Origin: Bugula neritina
Lineage: Eukaryota; Animalia; Bryozoa
NCBI GenBank assembly: GCA_964035545.1
Contig: OZ037768.1
Span: 5,984,741-6,048,740, forward strand
Length of the DNA stretch: 64,000 bases
Direction: 5' to 3'
The translations under genes and the position numbers were made by a program. The notes beneath the pieces were generated by a model. That model made no database searches. It was given only the letters and a program-made list of their open reading frames with translations, and was not told where the DNA came from. Within the stretch, counting starts at the first letter, position 1. Every line of letters starts with the position of its first letter. Shown here one piece after another: positions 14,001 to 34,362 of this stretch.

Positions 14001-17000
14001 AGGTTCTAGCCCCCAGTAACAAGGCTAAATCTGAGGGGGTCATCAACTACGCAGAGTTGGTCTTTGATGAAGCTGATAGAAAAAGGTGATTTATAGTAAT
14101 TTAGTTTTTACTGTTTTATATTTCTTTCATCAATTACATACAAACAAATGTACATCAAAATATCGTAATAGTTTTCTTTTTTATTTTTAGTATTAATTTT
14201 TCTTATAATTTTCTAATAAGTCAATATTATTACTTTCCATCTTCATGTTCTACCACTGTTGCTCAGTATACACTGCACATGTATGAAATGTTTGTTTAAT
14301 GTGCCTGGTGAACTTTACTCTAAGTTACACTGTGATTTTCCCCAACATCCATCTGGAATTGTCTCTCTTAAGTTCACTTCTGTTGTCATTGGCTTGAGTT
14401 ATATTTTACCATCAGTTCGATATTGAGTTTGATTCCCGCTACAATGTTTAGTGGGAGAGCAGTCGCCTTCGCTACAATTGACTGTTAACACGTGGGATTT
14501 AAAGGAAATACTGTTTACTGTCACGTCCTTGTATATACTACACAATAACATGATTCATGAATTCACCTGGGTGTAAGGAGAAAAATAGATTGTTGAAAGA
14601 ATAAAACTCCTCTTTTCATTCAAAGCTAGTAGACATACCAACTTATTTCAGTTTCACAGGAAGCAGTTTATGATGTGTCACTACTAGTTCTCCCATAAGT
14701 TAACCTCAACTTCTGTACTTGCTTAGAGTTTTGACTGAGCACTGTGACACCAGAATGCAATAGTGTATGAAGCTTTTTAGTGCAACTAACAGGTCTGTTG
14801 ATAAAAGCATTCCGTCTGTTTAAGAGTAACGCAACCACCCATGACTGGCTTGTGACACAGATTATTGACATACTTTAATCTGATAATTAGGACATTTGTA
14901 AATCTTTAACTTACATATTTCATGTTAGAATAATACCAATGCATGAATATTATGCACGGAATGAGATTGAGATAGTACTTATGTGATATATATTTATGTT
15001 ATTCAGAGTAATAAAACCCTCCAGCAACGGCGGAGTGAAAAAAGCCGATACAGTTATATATACTCAGATTATTCCAAGGAATGGGAGAAAACCAGATGAG
15101 GTTGGCATATAGCAGTATAAGGACTTATTGATTGGCTAGACGCTAGTACTTTGCTGTAGAGTAGATAACTCCTCTGCTTTCAGTAATTTAAAAAATGAAT
15201 TCTGATGGCAGCTACATAGATATCTCAAATACAACTCTTTTGCTTTATTACTCTTAAATTTTACAACATTGAGTTTTGTAACTGATTATATTGAAAATTG
15301 ATTACCATAGATGATAATAGTCCTTTATGATTATCATAGCTATTTAAATTACTCAATTGGTTTGATGCAGCCTGCCCCATCACCCTCATCTTCACCTGTT
15401 GGAAAGAGATTTGAACGTGGAAAGGCTATAAAGAAATTTGGTGCTAAGCCTGAGGAAGGAGAAAGTGGGAGGAAAACCCCTAGTCCTCCTGGCACCCCTC
15501 CAATGACCTCTTTAGTAAGTGTTTAGCTTTTCCTAAGTGTGACGCTTAGAAAAACTTTCAAAATATCAAAGGAAAATTTGACTGCTAGGCAAGCAACTAA
15601 CCGTGGGATATCTGTAGAACAGCTGTGCTTGCTTAGCTGCAGTTAAAGACTACTGTTGAAAAATTCTTTAATTTGCTGATGTTGATATTAGTCATATCAT
15701 AGCAGTTGTTGGTGAAACTATCAACAAAATTTTATAAAAAAATGGCTCTCACGGAGTTACCAAAGTTGCCTGTTGATGGGTTCGACTTTCAACTAGTAAC
15801 AATGGCTTGGAATCGGCTCTAAAATAATGTGCACAACATAGTCGCAGTCCTCTTTCGAAACTCAAGCTTTTTTTAAGTTCATAAAGAAATATTTTGGTGA
15901 AAGAAGTAAACGCAGTGTCAGCTGCTTGTGGTGCAGAAGTATCACACCTACCCACACTAATGAGTGGGAAGTAGTAAATATTCACCTCCTCTCCAATGAC
16001 AGTTGTAGCTGTCACCATATCTGTGTATGTGACAGGACCTCAAATAGTATACCGAGTTTTCTTTTATCTCTTGACACTTTATAATTGCTATTATTGAACA
16101 TAAACTGAAGTAAAGAAAATTAATTGGTTTTATACCTTCGTTTTAATTTATTACTCGTCTTGTTCAGTGTCTGTAGATTTGTAACAATTGATTGGCATTA
16201 CTAGAGTCTAAGAAATCATGTTCTACTGTGGCAGGACCTATGCCTGATGTAATAAAGATAAATTCCCTGTTTTATAGTGCTACTGTATCTTAGTGTTCGT
16301 CCACAAATTCACTTGAAAATTTTATACTAATTCGTTTAACACATTTTGTGTCAAATTTAAAAATTACTTTTTATGCTGACTTTTGAAAAAGTTCGGTAAA
16401 AGATAGAAACTTTGATGATTTCACTATTTCTTTATGTTGGTTGCCATGTACTATTCAATCTTTCAGTAATGCTGAGAAATGTAACTTCATTAGTACTTCA
16501 ACATGGCCTCCATGCTATAGCACACAGCTGATAGTTCTAGAAGCTTTATTTTACTGGTCTTATATACAAGTTTGACTGTAATACTAAAACCTACTGTTCT
16601 TGTTGACTAGATAAAAATCTGAAAACCCCCATGAGCTTGTCATATTTAATCCATCTTAAAATACATTCCAAGTGAAACATTTTAATTTTATTTAGTTCTA
16701 GTCTACTAGACAGGCAAGACAGTTCCTTCTACTAAAGGTTATGAGCTATTAAACAGTTGCGTGAAAGAAACGTGTATTTCTAGGAGCTGTAAGTCACAAT
16801 GTCATCATTTCTGTAGCCCCATGCTTTATATGATTTACTGTGATACAGGGCCGGGTTTCACCTGTTCCTTTGAAACCCAGAGCACCACGCTCCCAGGAAC
16901 CCACACGAAACTATGAGAATCATACCCTGGCACGGTCGACAGCAAATACCTCAGCAGCAAACGGCTCGGCAGCAAACGGCTTGACAGCAAATGGCGACAC

Positions 17001-20000
17001 CAATAACGAAGGTTTGGCTTACATGAGCCTTTCCTCTTGCAAATCTCAGGCAGTGAGCGACACAGGTACTGCAATGGTTTTACATTCTTGTAATATTCGC
17101 TGTGAGCCTATACTAGCATTGCTACCATACTGGCATTCTGATTTAATGCTGAGTAAGAAATTTGTCAGTAGTAAATTAATTTATAGAAAATCTATATTGT
17201 TTTAAGTTTCAGTTTATGACTTTTATTAATGACTTATAGAGCACACTACTCACTCCATGCTAAACTATAGAAAGAATCGTGAGTAGACACTCATGTTTGT
17301 TGGCTTTTACCTGCACTGCATAGAGTATAGACTGTAGAGTTTAAATTTGCAGTCATAATGCAATAGCTGTAGTTTGGTTTTGCTTCCATTGCTATGAGTA
17401 AATATTTTAGTTTTTATAATATTATGCTTTATATTTCCACAGCATAGCTTTATTGTGTGTCTGGTTTCCATAATTTTTTATTATTTTTGTTTTGAAATTT
17501 TATGGGAAATAATAATTATAGTGACTTTACTAGCAGCTAACTTTTCATTGCTTCTTAAAGTTTGTAATTCTTATTTGAATCTCAAGTAAACTGCATCTCC
17601 CATAGTTTGTATGCTATCTGCAGGAGGAAATGATCTTCTTAGATGTAAGCTCCTTTATTCATAGCATTATTACATGTACCCCTTTCTCCTATTCACCCCT
17701 TTCTTCCTACACCTATTCACCCCATTTGTATCGTTATCTGTTGGTGGCTCATTATTCTAAATTGAGCTAGTGAGTCCTGAGTGAATGAGTCAAGTATATG
17801 TACTTACATAAGCATACTGCATCTCTCCTACCCACCCCTACCAATTGTATCTTCTAATCATCCCATTTTTTAAAGAAAATTTACACTAATACAATATCAT
17901 GTTTCAGCGGCGTATCTCCTTTTCTTGTTTCACATCTCCAGTTCAAGATAAAACTGAATACCTTCTAACTACAACGCTCTCCTTTCGTTATTTTGGACAC
18001 CACATTATTGATAGAGTTGAAGAAATTCTACAGTCACAAGGGGGCTAGTAAATGTTTTGCTATGGCAGGGTGTTTATCAGATGAGATATGTGTGCAATTT
18101 ACAGATAGCTTGTGTTTTTTCCCAGATTATCTGAGGAGATCATCTATAGAACCTCCACTACCGCCAGCCATTGAGGCACCAACTCCCACATCTTCCTCAG
18201 TGAGTAATTTACCCTCTTTGTCTTCCACTGTCTAACATGATGTCTACATGCCATGTGCTTAATCATAAATCATTTTTCACTTACCAAACTGTTAGACATT
18301 AATGTGATTATTATACTCCAACCAATACAATTATATTAGAAATTATGATAACTTTTATAATATGTTATATTCATGCTTATATTAAACTTGTTATGCCTCA
18401 TTTAGCACTGAATTGCAAAGCTGAGTCAGGCCACCTATGCTTCAGCCAGTAGTCCTGCATAACATGCTGGTTTAATTTACATATAATGAGTTTATCTGCT
18501 TTGTTTTAGAAACTTGAATACCCAAATTACTTGGGTACACCTTTGGATATGCATATTGCACCATGTTACAAGCCTATGCACTATCTTATACACTTTCAAG
18601 ATGATATCCATATATTCCACATCTAAAGTAGATAATGAATTGTGTGTATTTGTGTAGTCTTGCAACTATATGCATGTTTTAGATAAATCTGACACCCAGT
18701 ATAGAATCTTACACACCTGCGGTCTCTACAGTTCAAGCTAAAGTGTCCTACGATGGGCCTAATATCAGTGGCATGCTTATGTTTGCTAAAGGAGATACAG
18801 CTATGCTTATGTCTAAGGTGAGGCCATGGTGCTCTCTAAATCTTTCCACTAAGCTCTTTATAGTTTCTCTAATTAATCTTCTAGGTTTACCCTTCAATAG
18901 TTGTCTGGTGTTGATTGTAACCTAATGCATTTAGCTTCAGTGGTGGACATTTTGGTGAATGCTAATTTATAACCATCATTTATATAGTGATTAGCAGGTT
19001 TTCTTGTGTGTGATTAGCACAAGTCACTTTAAAATTAATTATTTTATTATGGAAACTGGAAAGTAACAAACAATGTTGACAATTTTGTTACTTAAAGGTA
19101 GTAAACAGCGCCATTTATTTACAGCTAAAAGGTAATGACAATGGTTGGTGGTATGTAAACCTACGCGGGTTTGAAGGTTATGTTCCTGGCGCCTACTGGG
19201 AACCTGTCCCTTCCAAGACCCCACGTTCTCCAGCTACTAGACACCGCACCCCCCAGCCTGTGCCTCGTACTCACAGCCCCGCAGCACCTCCATGCCACCC
19301 AATCACATCCATTGTTACAACAGCAACTACTACAACAGCCTCCACAGTTCCTACGACAGCCTCTACAGTTTCTACTACATCCGCTCCCTCGATTGAAAGA
19401 AATAGCATGGAATCTGAGCTGTGGTATCATGGGAAGATGTCAAGGCCGCAATCAGAAAAGAAACTATCCAACTTTGGCAATGGAGTTTTTCTTATCAGGG
19501 AAAGCGTAAACAGAGTAAGTGACAAATGTTGTACCTAACTGTTGAGTTTCATAAATGTCAAGGTCGTGTGACCTACTATACAAGTAGGAAAGGGCTAATA
19601 ATGTTTAGTCTTTGGACTATGTACCAAACTTGCAAGTCTTTATTGCCATAGAAATAGAAACATTGAATTTTTATTCAGTGAAGTGAGAAGGTTTGGTTTC
19701 TGTTACTGTGTAATATAATATGATATAATATAGAGAGATATATTGGACAGTACAACATGCAACTGTCTGCTGACAATGCTGCCATAATTAAAAGTTCTCT
19801 TCTCTTGCACTGGTTTACTGCAGCTAAGTAGTTGTATTAATAAATGCGTTTCTAGCGACTCACATGCGGTGTGTCAGTTTCCTGGCATGGTCATAAATTT
19901 ATTCAGTATGGCGTGAAATGGTATCTCACTGCGATGGTGATAGGAATGGTGAACTTAGGGTTTTACTTATGATAATCTGGTTGCGAAATAAGGCGGAAGC

Positions 20001-21634
20001 GTAGTTGAACTTTCTGTTTACTGTACACTGTTTTCTAAAATTAGTTGATAACTTGTAACGCATTGAATACATTTACTTTTATGTTAAATTTTTGGATGTT
20101 GCACGCTTACTCGTTCGTCATTAGACACTGCGTAAGCCTACAATCCATCACTGGTGCCAGAAACATTCACTTTGACTCTAATTATAGACAATGTGTTGTG
20201 TCGCAGGCATTTACCTTCGTATGGGAAGGGATATTCCCCAATACTGTGTTCCATACATAGTTGTGCACAGCTGGCTTCAGTACAGTTGTATAATGTAGTG
20301 TTATTCTCTAAAATCAAGTGGGCTATGCGTGTGGGTGCTGTCATACATGTGTGTCCTGTTGTATACAACGAACTCAATAATTGTGCTGGTTACTGTAATA
20401 TGATAAATTGTCTTTTCAGGTTGTAAACACAAGTTTTAGATTAGTTTTAAGATTTTTTATATGGAACTTAGGGCTAAAACTAGTGAGCTGTAAATTTACA
20501 TTAGATTTTATTTCTTTTTATAGCTTCAACATTGTTAGCTTCTTAATTAAGATATTGTAGTTGTATAATTAAATATGTTTAAGTCAGTTTGGATATGATG
20601 TGAGTTGATGGTAACAAGTTTAAAACAAATACTAGTAAAAAATGTGTTCAGATTAAAAAGTAATTTCGCATCTAGTGAAATGCAGAGTGTGAGTATTCCC
20701 AACAGTATTCCCTGTTATGAGTGGAATATGTAGACTACATTCTGGGACAGCCATGTTGGACTGCTTTTTAACCTGTTGATATATGAATGTAGTATATAGT
20801 GTGTAACCTGATGATATATGGATGCAGTAGGTAGTATGATGTAGACTGTAGAGCGTATATACATGCTGGTTGTATTGCAGGTTGGAGATTTGACTTTATC
20901 AGTTAAATGGGAAGGCAAGGTGAGACACTTTCCTATTGAAGCTAAGGAAGGCAACTTCTATAATATTGGTAAGAAATATTCTCAACAGAAGTATATATGT
21001 GTATTATATCTATTATGGTTATTATAATGATGGATATTTGACTCTTGTTCTTCTTACACTTTTACAGAGTTATATAACTTTAAAATGTTGATGCATTTTG
21101 CACATTGTAGTCTTCATTTATTTTCTGAAAAATATCGTTTTGTGTTATACCAAATTATGTAATATATTACGTTTGGTGAGATTAATATATAATCTTCCAT
21201 CAATGTTCTGAGTTGTTGAAAAGGCATTTATATGTATGGGATGTTAAATTAGACGAGAAATTTATACCTTTACAGTAACATTATTAAATATTATGGTGCA
21301 TTAAGAAGTAACATCCCTGTGCGAACCCCTGAGGGCAAGGTTTTTTTAGCGAGTTAAAGACTTGTTACTGTTGTAGCAAAGCAGCAATTAGAACTGAATA
21401 CTCTTCCTAGCACCTATACATGAAAAGTATAAAATATTAAGATGCATCAATTGAAGTAACATTTGGTTTCCAGGGTTACAAGTAAACACAATTTGTATTG
21501 ATATGTGAATTATTTCAGGTAAGCACGACTTCAAAACGCTGCACGCCGTCATCTCTCACTACAGTAAGCATCCTCTCTTTTACTCTGAGTCTAATGACCC
21601 TGTCAAACTCAAGAATGCTGCCACAAAGACCTAG
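5100..21634 (+). CDS. PX-SH3-SH3-SH3-SH2 adaptor: p47phox/Tks (SH3PXD2)-like N-terminal half plus Nck-like C-terminal SH2, ~849 aa
   Basis: 19 phase-consistent GT-AG exons: 5100-5174, 6516-6596, 7343-7394, 8233-8303, 8470-8576, 9628-9694 (alternative acceptor 9592), 9941-10160, 10548-10712, 10933-11050, 13148-13273, 13876-14085, 15007-15100, 15371-15514, 16849-17065, 18126-18199, 18683-18817, 19125-19514, 20881-20968, 21519-21634 (2550 nt, ends TAG). PX: IEKRGFIPNRYYVYILIVKWSDGDKHPIYRKYSSFYDF...IPELP...INEFC...FFEA. SH3 domains: YQPDSPRELSL..DGWWF..GYAPATFL; YEAKSKDEISY..SGWWKV..GLVPAVHL; YDG..LMFAKGD..NGWWYV..GYVPGAY. SH2: WYHGKMSR..FLIRES..LTLSV..VRHF..HYSKHPLFYSE. Confidence 0.88.
5205..5300. 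repeat. Degenerate ~26-bp tandem repeat in an adaptor intron
   Basis: About four diverged units of the form TGTAGATACACATAGTGCACGTACA. Confidence 0.55.
6094..6144. repeat. Near-perfect 24-bp inverted repeat (hairpin) in an intron
   Basis: TTCAGGTTTCACTACACCTAGTAT-AAT-ATGCTGGGTGTAGTGAAAGCTGAA: one mismatch and two G-U pairs if folded as plus-strand RNA. Confidence 0.8.
7535..7792. repeat. Intronic tandem duplication of a ~100-bp unit; the second copy is ~55 bp longer
   Basis: ACTTCCATATTG...ATTATGTAATTCTT occurs at ~7535 and ~7635. CTTATTTATAGAT...GATTGGGTTGA...TTATCTACAC occurs at ~7582 and ~7736. Confidence 0.85.
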
Positions 21635-22482
21635 TTCTGTAACACGCACAGCTCTCTGGCAGCTTTGCTGTTTCTACATTCATTAGATATTGATGTGACA
21701 TAATATTTCTGCGGCCATATTGTTTTTGCATTGAAGTAGTGCTACATTGAAAATTCATCATCAAATTTCATAATTTATAGTTGCGTTAGTTTGCCAAAAC
21801 ATATTGTACATATTTTCTTTAATCACACTATGTGCTTTGCTATGGACTAGTAAATCACAAAGTGTCAAATTCAAAAGCGTTTCCGCATGTAAATCATGTG
21901 CTAGAAACACGCTGCATACATAGCTAACTACTGACTACTGTATAAATATCCTCGGTATTGCTTTTAAATAACTTTTTCTCATTTTTATAGTTTGTACAAT
22001 ATAATGCTTTATTTCTATGCTTTGATTTTTGTAACTAAACCCTGGAGCTGGCTTCAGAGTTATACCTCATGCATGTATATTCCATAGCAGTGTATTGAGA
22101 TGACTTTACAATGATATAATATAGTTTTATATACATCATACATAATGATTGAAAATATATTCTGTTGTTTAATATTAAAATACTCTAGTATATCTTCAAG
22201 CTTTAACAAAACAAGCATAAATAAGTAGAAACACAATATTATATAAAAATATTATATGCTGTAACAACAAAGTGACTAGTATACTGTAATTAATATAAAC
22301 AAAAGTAAATGGAATAAGTGATGGTTTCATGTAATAACAAAAATAAGTGGCACATATTTTTTATTGCATAGCCCATTAATCAACAAGATGAAGGATTATG
22401 CTTTAGCGGGATTCATTAATATCTCCTGAAACTTTAATGATTGTATAATTTAATATTAGGAGTTGTTCACACCTGAAAAGTT

Positions 22483-31469
<8,987 letters not shown>

Positions 31470-34362
31470 TGCCAATGGAATGTATTTGAGGCTATTCAGC
31501 AGTGGTGAAAGTTTAGTTTTTTTTCAGAGTCTTATTACACTGCAACTAAAAACAAGCAATAAATAAGTTTAGCAGCTGAACTAAAAAGCATTATTTTACT
31601 TAAACCCTCTTTCTTGGATGCAAGATGTATATGTGTATAAGTTATTTTTAGATTAAGTTAAAAGTGTAAAATGTTCAACAAAAACCAATCATTGAGTATT
31701 ATATTTTTATGCAATAGATTAAAAAGTTAACAGCAAAATTATTTAGTTGTAACAAGCATTCTATAGCTTGTTGAAATGTTGATATAAGGTTGGGATTGCC
31801 TGGCCACTTACCTGGTGATCCCATCTTATTTCTTTGTGCTGCTAGTTGTAAGGTTAAAGCTGATCTGAGTAAGTTTTGCCTCGTTGCTAGTTTTTTTATA
31901 CTCATATGCCCTCATACTGCTATACAATAAGCTATGCCATGCAAGTCAAGTTATTACTATTAGTCATATTATACACACACACACACGTAGCTCCACATTG
32001 CAGACTATATGCTCACAGCTGGATAATTCATTTCCATTACATAACTAATAGCATTGGAATATTCCAAAGTATTGATTAGTATAAAGCATAAACCTTTCCC
32101 TTTAACACACGCAGGATTAGAAATCAGGGCTAATCAACTGCAGCCATTGATAGGTCAGTGCACTGAAGTTATTAGGCAAGTGAATAGAAATAACTAATCA
32201 ATATCAGTTTTCATTACACTTTCTATATGTTCAGAATTTTAAGAAAATTTAATAACATTTTATTGTGCACCAATTTATAGCATGAAAAATGCTTGCAAAT
32301 TGCACCTCAGTTTCGACAATGGAAATTAAATATATGTTGTTAAAAGTTTCATTTTGAGAGATGTTGCAGACCTATAAACTATATGTTATACAGTGTGATT
32401 GCTCATAGCACCATTGTGTTCATATAAACATTATATTGGTTTTTAAAGCAAAAGGAACCATTTTTATAAGCAATGTAAACATGCCTGCCATGTGAGAAAG
32501 AAGTTGCCTCCCTTTACTATTCACATCTAACAGTATAATAAGTGGAATTCAACTTTACACGTGAAGGGTGAAATAATTTATGACAATCTTAGATTCATAA
32601 TTTTTTTCAACATATTTTTATGCAATATTTCAATGAAGTTCAGACAACATTAATTGAAAACAGCTCTACCCAAGTGGGCTTACATTGAGCATAGCTACCA
32701 CCATTTTAAACAATTTACATCCAAACAACCATTTAGTTTACAAGAAAATCTCTATTTCAAACATGAAAATTTTGCTAGAAAAAAACTTTTGGCTGAAAAA
32801 TGTTACCATATTGTACAAAATGGAGAGCAAAATTCAATAATAATATTTTTTGCATGTCAATACAGACAACCATTAAGGAGTCTTTTAGTTGGTGCTGTAG
32901 TTTCTGCTAACAAAATTCTTATCTTCATAATAAAAAACAAAATAATAAATAGCTGCCAACAAACTTAAAAACCCAAATTTATTATAAGAAACAAGGCTAT
33001 TGTTTTACATAAGCAATCACTAGACTGCTGAATAATCATTTACCCCCCAACCATTCTTCTAGTGACAAGAGAGAGTAGTTAGCTATACTATAGATATCAT
33101 TGAGCCGCTATGGGTGGTAAATCTGCCCAGTCAAGACCTTTTGAAGTTAGGATGTTCTTTACAACATAAAGTATGCATTTCAGAGTTATCTTCCCTTTAT
33201 GAAATCTACTCGGTTATGTAGTTATCTCCACAGAACAACTTTGTGCCAATCAGCTTTTTGCATGGTAGCAAAGGCTACCAGAAGCACCTATACAAGATAT
33301 GCACAAGAAGAGTGCCACCATAGCTGCTCCATTCTGTATGTTTAGATGAGAACACAAACGGAGGGATGTGCAGAAGATGGAATATAGAATCACCCATATT
33401 TTACTGAATCAAATTTCTTAGCATAGTACCAAATGCTGCCAAAAGTACATGACACAAGTGTGACAAAAAGGAATTCTATAAAATCAAGTGCTACTCAAAG
33501 CAAATAGGAGTGGGAATATTAGTACAACTTTCAAGGGTTTGCAACTACCACTCACCATGACTGCTATCTTTGAAGTCATAGTTTTCAGAATATGCCTTTT
33601 TTCTATCATCTTTGGGAAATTATAAATTAGCATAAACCACTGTGAAATTTTGATATACTAAAATTGAGCTTTATTAAAATACTAAACAGAATATTTAACA
33701 AAGAATAGACTCACACAAGTACCTAACCTAATTGAAATTAGTTGGAAGAAAATTCATAATAATCTCAGAAATAAAAGCTCTTATAACATATACATCTGTT
33801 TTTAACATTCACACTACAACTGATCATTCATATAAATGAATTGCTTTTGAGAATCAAGAGAAAAAGTTAATAGGTATCAACTTTAGAGCTTTAAGTCATC
33901 TTTGAAAGAGAAAAGTTGTATGTAAAAACTTTTCACGGATTTGATTTAGTTTATCTTATGGAATATGCATTTGTAATTATTTTGATTTAATTTTCTAATT
34001 AGAAATTTAGAGGTAAAAAATATATATTTAAAGGCAAAAAATATTGAGCATTGCATAAGCCTGCATGCAGCCAAATGCGCACGGTACTAAAAGGTGGTAT
34101 ATAACTATCATATAAATAAAGTAAAAACAAACTTATTTTTCTGCAATAACTGCCCATGTTATAAAATATAACCACATATGTTGTCATTGTCAACAGCTAA
34201 ATAAATTACACTGAGCTCTACATATAAAACTCACATAATCACCATGAGATCTAATGCTGGCTTATGAAAGTCCCATGAGCCGTTGTCAGCAGTAAAATAT
34301 ACAATTCACAAGACTGTAAGGTGTAAGCAATGTTAACCATACAGTAGGAGTAAATATAACCT

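Noticed and set aside
19161-19509. Overlapping Gln/Leu-rich (+) and Cys/Gly-rich (-) ORFs, the latter metallothionein-looking
   Set aside because: Both are alternative-frame shadows of the Thr-rich linker exon 19125-19514, whose real frame joins SH3 to SH2.
32654-32968. 104-aa plus-strand ORF between the LRR gene and MOV10-A
   Set aside because: It has AT-driven composition, a non-ATG start, and no motif or convincing exon context.
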